Of a DNA stretch of 64,000 nucleotides, positions 42,857-51,769 are shown one piece after another. Position 1 is the first letter of the stretch. Each line of letters begins with the position of its first letter. Origin of the DNA: Chloroflexota bacterium (GTDB lineage Bacteria; Chloroflexota; Anaerolineae; B4-G1); NCBI GenBank assembly GCA_034189605.1, contig JAXHUO010000001.1:63606-127605 (forward strand), read 5' to 3'. Position numbers and translations under genes: made by a program. The notes beneath the pieces were generated by a model. It saw nothing but the letters and a program-made list of their open reading frames with translations. It had not been told where the DNA came from and made no database searches.

Positions 42857-43569
42857 AGCCATCCACGATTGCCATTGATGGCCCGGCCGCCTCGGGCAAG
42901 AGCACCATCGCCGAGTTGCTCGCCCAGCGGTTGGGTTACCTGTACTTTGACACCGGCGTGATGTATCGCGCCGTGACCTGGGCTGCGCTTTCGCGCTCTA
43001 TTCTCATTGAGGACGAACCGGCGGTGACATCGTTGGCGGAGCGACTTGACATTGACGTTACTCCGCCGACGGCGGATGACGGTCGCCAATACACCGTCCT
43101 TGCCGACGGAGTGGACGTCACCTGGGCCATCCGCACGCCGGAGGTGGACGCCAACGTATCGCCCGTCTCGGCCTACCCGGGCGTGCGACGGGCGCTCGTC
43201 GCGCAGCAGCGGCGGGTGGCTGCGGGAAGGCAGGTGGTGATGGTGGGGCGCGACATTGGCACCGTCGTTCTGCCCAACGCTGACCTCAAACTCTATCTGG
43301 ATGCGAGCGTCGAAGAGCGGGCGCGACGCCGCTGGCTGGAGGTGCGGGAGCGAGGTGAGGAGGCTGAGTGCGAGGTGGTGCTGGCTTCGATGCGCCGCCG
43401 TGATGAGATTGATAGCCACCGGGCGGCCTCACCGCTGCGTGTGGCCGACGGCGCTATTGTCGTGGACACGACCGACCTGGGTGTCGAGGAGGTGTTGGCG
43501 GAGGTGGAGCGATTGGTGGAGAATGGAGAATGGAGAGTAGAGAATAGAGATTGGAGATGGGAGGTGTGA
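42853..43569 (+). CDS. cmk: cytidylate kinase
   Basis: IAIDGPAASGKSTIAELLAQRLGYLYFDTGVMYRAVT P-loop region. I prefer the TTG start 42853, which overlaps the rluB stop, over the ORF-track start inside rluB. The last ~16 codons lie in the GAGAATGGA-type tandem repeat. Confidence 0.8.
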   Translation: MKPSTIAIDGPAASGKSTIAELLAQRLGYLYFDTGVMYRAVTWAALSRSILIEDEPAVTSLAERLDIDVTPPTADDGRQYTVLADGVDVTWAIRTPEVDANVSPVSAYPGVRRALVAQQRRVAAGRQVVMVGRDIGTVVLPNADLKLYLDASVEERARRRWLEVRERGEEAECEVVLASMRRRDEIDSHRAASPLRVADGAIVVDTTDLGVEEVLAEVERLVENGEWRVENRDWRWEV

Positions 43570-44795
43570 TTTCCGCGGTTGGGCCGTGTGGTCTGGCCGG
43601 GCGAGTCGGCCTGCAGCCAGGGGATGAACTGGTCGCTATCAACGGCCACTACCTGCGGGACGTCATTGACGTACGGTTCTACTCCGCCGAGGAACACCTG
43701 GCGCTACGGGTGCGACGGGGCGGGGAAGAGTTCCCCCTCGAGGCTGGGCGACGGTACGACGAACCGCTGGGCCTGGAGTTTGTCCATCCCACCTTTGACG
43801 GTGTCCGCCGCTGCAACAACCGTTGCGAGTTCTGCTTCATCGCTCAGATGGAGCCTGGGCTGCGCCGCTCCCTGTACGTCAAGGACGACGACTACCGCCA
43901 CTCCTTTCTCTTCGGCAACTATATCACGTTGACCAACCTGGACAAGGGCGACTGGGAACGCATCGGCGAGCAGCACATCAGCCCGCTCTATGTCTCAGTC
44001 CACGCCACCGCCCTCGACTTGCGCCGTCGCCTTCTGCGTAACCCCGCTGCCCCCGACGTGATGGCCCAACTCCGCCGCCTGGCAGGCCTGGGGGTTGAGG
44101 TGCACACGCAGATCGTGGTGCTGCCTGGTCTCAACGATGGTCCCCACCTGAACCGCTCCATCGGTGACCTGGCCGGCCTGTATCCGGCAGTGCGCTCGGT
44201 CAGCATTGTGCCGGTGGGCCTGACGAGATATCACCGGGGCGGCTGTCGCGTACACACGGACGCCGAGACGCGGGTCGTCCTTGAGAATGTGACCGGCTGG
44301 CAGGCGCGGCTGCGGGAGCAACTGGGGGTCAACTTTGCCTACCTCTCCGACGAATGGTACCTTCGCCTGGGCCAACCCATCCCGGAGGCTGATCACTACG
44401 ATGGACTGGACCTGACCGAGAACGGCGTAGGACTGGTGCGCCGGTTCTTGGAGGTTGGAGACTGGAGATTGCCACTGCCAATCTCTAATCTCCAATCCCT
44501 CACTCTGGTGACGGGCACGCTGTTCGCTCCGGTGCTACGGCACGTGACGACAGAGTTTGCAAATGTGGAGGTCGTGCCGGTGGTCAATCGCTTCTTCGGC
44601 CAGACGGTGACGGTGGCGGGACTGCTGACGGGACGGGACGTGGTGGCGCAATTGCGGGAGCGAGACCTGGGCGATGTGGTGATGCTCCCTCCGGCGATGT
44701 TCGGCGGGCCGGAGGGCCAATCGCTGGACGAGATATGGCCGCAAGAGGTGGGGGAGGCGCTGGGGCGGGAGGTAGTGGTGGAGAAAAATCCGTAA
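43557..44795 (+). CDS. DUF512 protein (PDZ domain plus radical-SAM-like Cys cluster)
   Basis: GGVISAV...GLQPGDELVAINGHYLRDVID (PDZ) followed by RRCNNRCEFCFI. The start is ambiguous within the repeat (43551/43557/43566). Confidence 0.7.
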   Translation: MGGVISAVGPCGLAGRVGLQPGDELVAINGHYLRDVIDVRFYSAEEHLALRVRRGGEEFPLEAGRRYDEPLGLEFVHPTFDGVRRCNNRCEFCFIAQMEPGLRRSLYVKDDDYRHSFLFGNYITLTNLDKGDWERIGEQHISPLYVSVHATALDLRRRLLRNPAAPDVMAQLRRLAGLGVEVHTQIVVLPGLNDGPHLNRSIGDLAGLYPAVRSVSIVPVGLTRYHRGGCRVHTDAETRVVLENVTGWQARLREQLGVNFAYLSDEWYLRLGQPIPEADHYDGLDLTENGVGLVRRFLEVGDWRLPLPISNLQSLTLVTGTLFAPVLRHVTTEFANVEVVPVVNRFFGQTVTVAGLLTGRDVVAQLRERDLGDVVMLPPAMFGGPEGQSLDEIWPQEVGEALGREVVVEKNP

Positions 44796-44826
44796 ATTCT
44801 GCCAATCTGTGCTCCAAGGAGTGGTT

Positions 44827-46182
44827 ATGGGAAAATGTTTGATCGTCATTGGTGGGGTAGCCGCGGGGATGAGCGCGGCTGCCAAGGCAAAGCGTCTGAA
44901 CCGCGAAATGGAGGTCGTCGTCTACGAGAAGAGTCTGTACATCTCTTATGCAGCCTGTGGGATGCCCTACTTTATCGCGGGGGACATTGCCGATTATCGT
45001 CACCTCCTCGCGCGCACCCCGGAGCAGATGGCGAAGCAGGGGGTGGAAGTGCACCTCCGCCACGAGGTGACAGGCATTGATCCAGACGCGCGTACGGTGA
45101 CCGTGCGCGATCTGGAGAGAGAGCGCGAGTTCACCCAAGGGTACGACTATCTGGTTATCGCCACTGGCGCGCGCCCGGCGTATCCTCCCTTGCCCGGCTC
45201 CGACCTGGAGGGGGTTTTTGTACTTCGCTCGTTGGAGGAGGGACGGGCCGTAAAGCGTTTCCTCGCCAGGCGCGGGGAGCGCAAGCCGCAGCGGGCGCTT
45301 GTCCTCGGCGGCGGCTACGTCGGTGTGGAGATGGCCGAAACCTTCCGCCGGCTGGGGCTGGAAGTTAAGATGGCGATCCGTTCCGGCCAGGTGCTGCGCA
45401 CCGCGCTCGACGACGACGTGCGGGCGCTGCTGGAAGAGGAACTTGCACGCCAGGGGGTGGAGGTGGTGACAGGCCAACCCATCGCCTTCGAGGGTAGTCG
45501 CCAGGTGGAGGCCGTGACTTTTGGGGACGATGCCGGGTATTGTCCGTGCGACGTGGTCCTGCTGGGCATCGGCGTGCGGCCCGAGGTAGCGCTGGCGCAG
45601 GCGGCCGGGGTGGCCCTGGGTGCGACGGGCGCCATCGCCACCGATAGTCACATGCGCACCAACCTGCCCGGCGTATACGCAGCGGGCGACTGCGCCGAAA
45701 CGTTCCACCTGGTCACCGGCGAACCGGCCTACATCCCGCTGGGCAGCACGGCCAACAAACAGGGGCGCGTGGCTGGGACGAATGTCGCCGGAGGCGAGGC
45801 GACATTTGATGGGGTGGTGGGTACGATGGTGATGCGGGCCTTTGATCTGGCGGTGGCCCGTACCGGGCTCACGGCGACCCAGGCCCAGGCTTTGGGGTAC
45901 ACCGTGCGTGCGCCGCTGATCAAGGCTATGGATAGTTCACACTATTTCCCAGGCGCCGCGCCCATCCACGTCAAACTGGTGGTGGATGGGGAGACCGGCC
46001 GCCTGCTGGGTGGGCAAATCGCTGGGCGACGCGGAGTGGCCAAGCGCGTAGACGTGCTGGCGACTGCGCTTCATCACCGGCTTACCGTGACTGACCTGCA
46101 ACGGCTGGATTTGAGTTACGCGCCGCCCTTTGCGCCGGTGTGGGATCCCATCCTGGTGGCGGCTAACGTGGCGGCGAGATGA
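44827..46182 (+). CDS. CoA-disulfide reductase / NADH oxidase family flavoprotein
   Basis: IVIGGVAAGMSAAAKAKR FAD motif and redox Cys in SYAACGMPYF. Second dinucleotide fold ALVLGGGYVGVEMAE. GDC motif YAAGDCAE. ATG 44827 follows AAGGAG. Confidence 0.8.
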   Translation: MGKCLIVIGGVAAGMSAAAKAKRLNREMEVVVYEKSLYISYAACGMPYFIAGDIADYRHLLARTPEQMAKQGVEVHLRHEVTGIDPDARTVTVRDLEREREFTQGYDYLVIATGARPAYPPLPGSDLEGVFVLRSLEEGRAVKRFLARRGERKPQRALVLGGGYVGVEMAETFRRLGLEVKMAIRSGQVLRTALDDDVRALLEEELARQGVEVVTGQPIAFEGSRQVEAVTFGDDAGYCPCDVVLLGIGVRPEVALAQAAGVALGATGAIATDSHMRTNLPGVYAAGDCAETFHLVTGEPAYIPLGSTANKQGRVAGTNVAGGEATFDGVVGTMVMRAFDLAVARTGLTATQAQALGYTVRAPLIKAMDSSHYFPGAAPIHVKLVVDGETGRLLGGQIAGRRGVAKRVDVLATALHHRLTVTDLQRLDLSYAPPFAPVWDPILVAANVAAR

Positions 46183-46320
46183 CAGGGGCTGTCTGTGCCG
46201 ATGACGGATTCTAGTGAATGTCTCATATTCCTCTAACGCTATGTGCACCAAAGTGCGCTATGATGGTAATGTGACTCGGTCGAGCCAAGTCACTCGGGAG
46301 GTATTCCTTGGCCGGTATGA

Positions 46321-46422
46321 CCAGACCTCCGAGGTTTTGATGGTTGTTTGACCCGCAAGGTAAGCCGCATGTTGCTGGAAGGTCCCAAAAGAGCGCTATT
46401 TCGTAAACCTCGGAGGTCTTGG
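46321..46422. repeat. hairpin element with CCAGACCTCCGAGGTTTT / AAACCTCGGAGGTCTTGG arms
   Basis: 18-bp inverted arms at 46321-46338 and 46405-46422. The arm sequence is related to the subterminal repeats of the MITE at 5031/61646 and to the arms at 54130/54215. Confidence 0.6.
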
Positions 46423-46499
46423 AGTTTTCTACGTTCCTGAACGCCTGCGCAGATTGAAGAAAGGGGGTGATGCTGAGAATCTGAATGGTTCGGAGGAAG

Positions 46500-46736
46500 A
46501 AAGCGCCTGGCCCGGACTGGTCTCAATTGGGCTCAACGACAGGTCCGGGTGACGAGGAGGCGGTTCCCTGCCCAGAAGATGAGGACAAGGCAGGGTTAAC
46601 TGTCCCAGTTGGGACAGGAAAATCGAAAACTCGGCGGATGCCGCCCGGGGCCAGCCATGCCCCGTAATCTTCCTCCTCCTGAGATGCAAGCCTGTTCACA
46701 AAACCACCGGGCAACCGGTGGCACAAAAAGGCAGGC
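46500..46736 (+). ncRNA. glmS ribozyme: glmS glucosamine-6-phosphate-activated ribozyme
   Basis: Hallmark blocks in the correct order directly upstream of glmS: A-GCGCC cleavage-site region (46501-46507), P1 arms CCCGGAC/GTCCGGG, GACGAGGAGG (46551-46560), ATCGAAAACTCGGCGGATGCCGCCCGG (46622-46648), CCGTAA, and a distal CCACCGG-GCAA-CCGGTGG hairpin. The 3' boundary is approximate. Confidence 0.8.
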
Positions 46737-46777
46737 CGTGGCCACCAAACTAACCAACCAACTAACAGGAGGACCCT

Positions 46778-48622
46778 ATGTGTGGCATAGTAGGCTATGT
46801 GGGGCCGCGTCACGCGACCCCTATCATCCTTGAAGGTTTGAAACGTCTCGAGTACCGGGGCTATGACTCGGCTGGGCTGGCGGTTGTGCAGGCAGGCGGC
46901 ACCATCGGCGTGCGGCGCGAAGTCGGCAAACTGGCTGGCCTGGTGGAACTGGTGGCCGCCGACCCGGTGAGCGGACAGGTCGGTATAGGTCATACCCGCT
47001 GGGCCACCCATGGCGAGCCCAGCCGGCGCAACGCTCACCCCCACGTCGGCATCACCGGTCAGGTCGCCGTGGTCCATAACGGTATCATTGAGAACTTTGT
47101 GTCGCTGCGGCAGGAACTGGAGGCCGAGGGGCGCTGCTTCGCCTCGGAGACCGACACCGAGGTGGTGGTGCACCTGGTCGAGGGATACATGGCGGGCGGG
47201 GCTGACCTGGAGACGGCTGTGCGCCGGGCTCTGGCCCAGGTAAAAGGGGCCAGTGCCTTTGTTTTCCTCAACAGTCGCGAACCTGACCGGTTGGTGGCGG
47301 CCCGCCTCGGCAACGCTGGTGGCCTCACCATCGGGGTGGGGGAGGGAGAGATGTTTTTTGCCTCTGACATCCCGGCCATTCTGGAACACACCCGCGATAT
47401 GATTTTCCTTGAGGATCGGCAGTTGGCAGTGGTGACGCGGGATGGCGCGCGGGTGACCACGCTGGCCGGCGAACCAGTGACGATGGAGGTACACACTATC
47501 CCGTGGGACGCTGTGGCCGCAGCCAAGGGGCCGTACCGTCACTTTATGCAGAAGGAGATCTATGAGCAGGCCCGGTCCGTCACCGATACCATCCGGGGCC
47601 GGGCTGACTTTGACGCTGGGCGGGTGCGGCTGGAGCACCTGGAGTTGACGCCGGAGGACGCCCAGGCTCTGGAAAAGGTGATCATCGTCGCGTGCGGCAC
47701 CTCGGCTTATGCCGGGCTGGTGGGCAAGTTCATCATTGAGGCGCTGGCCCGTGTGCCGGTCGAAGTGGATTATGGTTCCGAGTTTCGCTACCGTGACCCC
47801 ATCATCAACGGCAATACCGCTGTGCTGGCCATCACTCAGAGCGGCGAGACTGTGGACACGCTGGCGGCGATGGAGGAAGCGCGGGCCAAAGGGGCGCGAC
47901 TGTGGACCGTTGTCAACGTCATTGGCAGCCAGGCGATGCGTGTCTCCGACGGTGCTATTCTGATGCACGCTGGCCCAGAGATCGGCGTGGCCTCGACCAA
48001 AGCGTTCACCGCCAGCCTGGTTGATCTCTATTTGCTGGGCATCTACCTGGGAGAGTTGCGCGGTACTCTGACTGGCGCGGGGTTGCGAGAGGCGGTGGAT
48101 CACCTGGCACGTCTGCCCGACCTGGTGGGGCGTGTGTTGGAGCACGGCAGCGAGTATGAGCAGTTAGCGAACCAGTTCTACGACCGGGAGCACTTTTTGT
48201 ACCTGGGGCGGGGCATCAACTACCCCATCGCCCTGGAGGGGGCGCTCAAACTGAAGGAGATTTCTTATATCCACGCCGAGGGTTACCCGGCCGGAGAGAT
48301 GAAGCACGGCCCCATCGCGCTGATTGACGAGGCGATGCCCGTCGTCACCATTGCCGTGCGCGATCACGTGTACGACAAGATGGTCAGCCAGATTGAACAG
48401 GTCAAAGCGCGGGGCGGCATTGTCATCGCGCTGGCGACGGAGGGGGATAGTGATATCGCCGCCAAGGCCGACTATGTGCTCTATGCCCCTGTGACCCCGC
48501 CGCTGCTCTCGCCGGTGATCAATGTCGTGCCTTTGCAACTGTTGGCCTATCATCTGGCAGTGCGGCGAGGCTGTGACGTGGATCAGCCCAGAAACCTGGC
48601 AAAGAGCGTCACCGTGGAATAA
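46778..48622 (+). CDS. glmS: glutamine--fructose-6-phosphate aminotransferase (isomerizing)
   Basis: MCGIVGYVG Ntn start, two SIS domains, and C-terminal DQPRNLAKSVTVE. Confidence 0.95.
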   Translation: MCGIVGYVGPRHATPIILEGLKRLEYRGYDSAGLAVVQAGGTIGVRREVGKLAGLVELVAADPVSGQVGIGHTRWATHGEPSRRNAHPHVGITGQVAVVHNGIIENFVSLRQELEAEGRCFASETDTEVVVHLVEGYMAGGADLETAVRRALAQVKGASAFVFLNSREPDRLVAARLGNAGGLTIGVGEGEMFFASDIPAILEHTRDMIFLEDRQLAVVTRDGARVTTLAGEPVTMEVHTIPWDAVAAAKGPYRHFMQKEIYEQARSVTDTIRGRADFDAGRVRLEHLELTPEDAQALEKVIIVACGTSAYAGLVGKFIIEALARVPVEVDYGSEFRYRDPIINGNTAVLAITQSGETVDTLAAMEEARAKGARLWTVVNVIGSQAMRVSDGAILMHAGPEIGVASTKAFTASLVDLYLLGIYLGELRGTLTGAGLREAVDHLARLPDLVGRVLEHGSEYEQLANQFYDREHFLYLGRGINYPIALEGALKLKEISYIHAEGYPAGEMKHGPIALIDEAMPVVTIAVRDHVYDKMVSQIEQVKARGGIVIALATEGDSDIAAKADYVLYAPVTPPLLSPVINVVPLQLLAYHLAVRRGCDVDQPRNLAKSVTVE

Positions 48623-48716
48623 AGTCCTACGTCCGATGTCCGACGTCGGACGTAGGACATCGAACGTGTGACATCGGACTTGGAACACAGGACATAGGAC
48701 TTGGGACATAGGACGT

Positions 48717-50504
48717 ATGTGTGGAATTTTCGGCATTGTTGTGAAACAGGAACAGCCCCTGGGTGACATTCTGACCGAGTCCGGGCGGCGGCTTTCATAT
48801 CGGGGCTACGACTCGGTTGGCTGCGCCACGCTGCGCGACGACGGCACAATTGACCTGCGCAAGGACGTGGGGAAGGTGGACGAGGTGGCAGAGCGGCTGC
48901 GGTTCTCCGAGATGGCCGGCCGGCGGGGCATCGTGCAACTGCGTTGGGCCACCTTCGGAGCGCCTTCGCAGGTCAACGCCCAGCCTCATCTGGACTCTGA
49001 CGGTGATCTGGTAGGCGCGCACAATGGCAACGTTGTCAACAACGTCGAACTGCGCGAGCAGTTTGCCGCCGAGGGGATGACCGTGCGCTCAACCAACGAT
49101 GGCGAGTCATGCGTCCACGCCGTCGAGCGGTACGTTGATCAGGGCCATGGCATGGTCGAGGCCATCCGTCGGGCCTATGACGATCTGGAGGGCGATTACG
49201 CCTTTGTCATTGGGCGGCTTGGCGAAGGGGCCCTCTATGCCATCAAAAAAGGATCTGGACTGGTGGCCGGCCTGGGAGAGGGCTTTACCTGCTGCTCGTC
49301 CGATCTGCCCTCCGTCCTGCCACTGACCCGGCGTATCCTGCGCGTGCACGATGGCGAGATTGTCATCCTGCGCCCTGATGGAGTCGAGTTACGGCGTGTG
49401 TCCGACGGGGGCCTGGTCATGCGCGAGGTGGAGTTATGCACCGAGGATATGGACGTGGCCGAGAAAGGGGGTTACCCGCACTTTATGCTCAAAGAGATCC
49501 ACGAGCAGCCAGAGGTGGCGAGAGACCTGCTGCATCTGCTGGCGGCCTCCCCCCACGTGAGACCGATGGTCGAGGCACTGCGGCAGGCGCGCCATCTGTA
49601 CTTTGTGGGCTGCGGCACCAGTTACCATGCCTGCCTGCTGGGCGCGGTCTATGCTGCCCGGTTGGCAAGCCGCCCGGTTGTCCCTGTCCTGGCCCCCCAG
49701 TTCATCGCCCAGTATGGTCCTGCCCTGACTCCTGATGACGTGGCTCTCTTTGTCAGCCAGAGCGGCGAGACGAAGGATGTGCTCAACGCGCTGGAGGTGG
49801 CCGAGGCCCGTGGTGTAGTTCCTTTGGGACTGGTCAACGTGCTGGGCTCTGCGCTGATGCACCGCAGCCGCCACTACCTGCCCCTGGCCTGTGGTTATGA
49901 GATCAGCGTGCCAGCGACAAAGACCTTTGTCAACCAGGTGATAGCCTTCCTCTACCTGGCGCTGCGGATGGGCGAACAGTCCCCCACCGTGCTGGAACCT
50001 CTACCCGATCTCTTGCAGCAGGTACTTGAAATCGAGCCGCAGGTTGAGCGGGTGCTGCCCCTGCTGGAAGGCCAGGACGATCTCTACTGTCTGGGCTATG
50101 GTCTTACTTATGGCATCGCGCTGGAGGGAGCGCTGAAACTGAAGGAGATTACCTACGCTCACTGCGAGGGCATGTTATCTACCGAGTTCAAACATGGCCC
50201 GCTCTCGGCGGTGAGTGATGGATATCCGGTCCTCTTTGTCGTCGAGCCGGAGGACGTGGGGCTGCTGGTGAGCGCGATCAATGAGGTGACCTGTCGTGGA
50301 GGGCGGGCTATCGTCGTGGCGGAGGAGGACGCGCGTCTGCGCGCCAACGCACACGATTTGATCGTGCTGCCCCAATCCGGTTCCCTGCTGGCGCCCATCC
50401 TGGCGACGCTGCCGTTGCAACTGCTATCCTATCGTATGAGCATAGCGCGCGGCTATGACCCCGACTTTCCGCGCAACCTGAGCAAGACGCTGACGGTGGA
50501 TTGA
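48717..50504 (+). CDS. second GlmS-like glutamine amidotransferase/SIS-domain paralog
   Basis: MCGIFGIV Ntn start, HNGNVVN, two SIS domains (GCGTSYHA, SQSGETKD), and C-terminal DFPRNLSKTLTVD. Clearly diverged from the upstream copy. Confidence 0.85.
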   Translation: MCGIFGIVVKQEQPLGDILTESGRRLSYRGYDSVGCATLRDDGTIDLRKDVGKVDEVAERLRFSEMAGRRGIVQLRWATFGAPSQVNAQPHLDSDGDLVGAHNGNVVNNVELREQFAAEGMTVRSTNDGESCVHAVERYVDQGHGMVEAIRRAYDDLEGDYAFVIGRLGEGALYAIKKGSGLVAGLGEGFTCCSSDLPSVLPLTRRILRVHDGEIVILRPDGVELRRVSDGGLVMREVELCTEDMDVAEKGGYPHFMLKEIHEQPEVARDLLHLLAASPHVRPMVEALRQARHLYFVGCGTSYHACLLGAVYAARLASRPVVPVLAPQFIAQYGPALTPDDVALFVSQSGETKDVLNALEVAEARGVVPLGLVNVLGSALMHRSRHYLPLACGYEISVPATKTFVNQVIAFLYLALRMGEQSPTVLEPLPDLLQQVLEIEPQVERVLPLLEGQDDLYCLGYGLTYGIALEGALKLKEITYAHCEGMLSTEFKHGPLSAVSDGYPVLFVVEPEDVGLLVSAINEVTCRGGRAIVVAEEDARLRANAHDLIVLPQSGSLLAPILATLPLQLLSYRMSIARGYDPDFPRNLSKTLTVD

Positions 50505-50506
50505 AG

Positions 50507-51769
50507 ATGCGCGTTGTCATGGTTGGCCCCTTTGGGTTGCGGCCCCGGACCACGATGGCGGTGCGGGCGTTGCCGATGGCCCAGGCGTTGGCGGCGCGTG
50601 GTCATACCGTGATTCTACTTCTTCCTCCCTGGCAGAACCCAGAGGATGCTGGGCGCTGCTGGGATGAGGATGGTGTTGTAATTGAGAACATCTCCCTGCC
50701 GCTGCGCATCCCCGGTATCTTTCACCTGCTGACTGCTCTCCGGCTGGCCCGCCGGGCGCTGGCACTCTCCCCCGACGTGGTGCATCTCTTCAAGCCCAAA
50801 GCCTACAGCGGGCTGACCCACTGGCTGCTGGCCCGCCTCCCCCGTCGGTGTCGTCCCCGTCTCGTCGTGGACACCGATGACTGGGAAGGGGCTGGCGGCT
50901 GGAACGAAATCGGCGGCTACTCCCCAGCCCAGCGCCGCTTCTTCGCCTGGCAGGAACATTGGGGCCTGACTCACGCCAGCGCGGTCACCGTCGCCAGCCG
51001 CACGCTGGAGAGCCTGGTCTGGGCGCTGGGAGTGCCACGCGAACAAGTCTTCTACATCCCCAACGGTGTCCCGCCTTCCTCATCCTCCATTCTCCATTCT
51101 CCATCCTCCACTCTCCATTCTCCATCCTCCATTCTCCATTCTCCATTCTCCATTCTTCTGTACACCCGTTTTTTCGAGTTCCCAATCTCCCGCGTCATCG
51201 AGTTGCTGCACCGCGTGCGGGAGCGAGTGCCGGACGCACGGTTGTTCGTTGTAGGCAAAGGCCTCTTCGGCGAGGAGGAAGAACTATTCCGTCTGGCTGC
51301 TCAATCCGGCCTGATCATACAGCGAGATGTGTCCATCCCCTTGTCCCCTTGTCCCCCTGTCTCCTTGTCATCTCCCGAGGCATCTGCCGACGTACTCTAC
51401 GCGGGATGGGTTCCCTCCGACACACTCTCTACCTACTTTGCGCAAGCCGATGTTGCCATATACCCATTCGACGACACGCTCGTCAACCGGACCAAGTGTG
51501 CGGTCAAGTTGCGCGATCTACTGGCGGCCGGGGTGCCGGTCGTGGCCGAGGCGGTGGGGCAGAACACAGAGTACATTCGCCACGGCGAGACCGGCTGGCT
51601 GGTACCCCCCGGGGACGTGCCATCTTTCGCCGGGGCGGTGGTGCGGCTGCTGGAGGACACACACTTGCGGGAACGGCTGGGCCAGGCGGCCGCCCGTGAC
51701 TTGCGGGATAGATTTGCCTGGGACCGGCTGGTGGAGATGGTCGAACGGGCCTATGGGGTGGGGCGGTGA
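50507..51769 (+). CDS. GT4-family glycosyltransferase with two in-frame tandem-repeat insertions
   Basis: MRVVMVGPFGLRPRTTM...; C-terminal GT-B motif VKLRDLLAAGVPVVAEAVGQNTEYI..GETGWLV. The inter-domain linker is encoded by repeats at 51078-51156 and 51333-51372. Confidence 0.8.
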   Translation: MRVVMVGPFGLRPRTTMAVRALPMAQALAARGHTVILLLPPWQNPEDAGRCWDEDGVVIENISLPLRIPGIFHLLTALRLARRALALSPDVVHLFKPKAYSGLTHWLLARLPRRCRPRLVVDTDDWEGAGGWNEIGGYSPAQRRFFAWQEHWGLTHASAVTVASRTLESLVWALGVPREQVFYIPNGVPPSSSSILHSPSSTLHSPSSILHSPFSILLYTRFFEFPISRVIELLHRVRERVPDARLFVVGKGLFGEEEELFRLAAQSGLIIQRDVSIPLSPCPPVSLSSPEASADVLYAGWVPSDTLSTYFAQADVAIYPFDDTLVNRTKCAVKLRDLLAAGVPVVAEAVGQNTEYIRHGETGWLVPPGDVPSFAGAVVRLLEDTHLRERLGQAAARDLRDRFAWDRLVEMVERAYGVGR

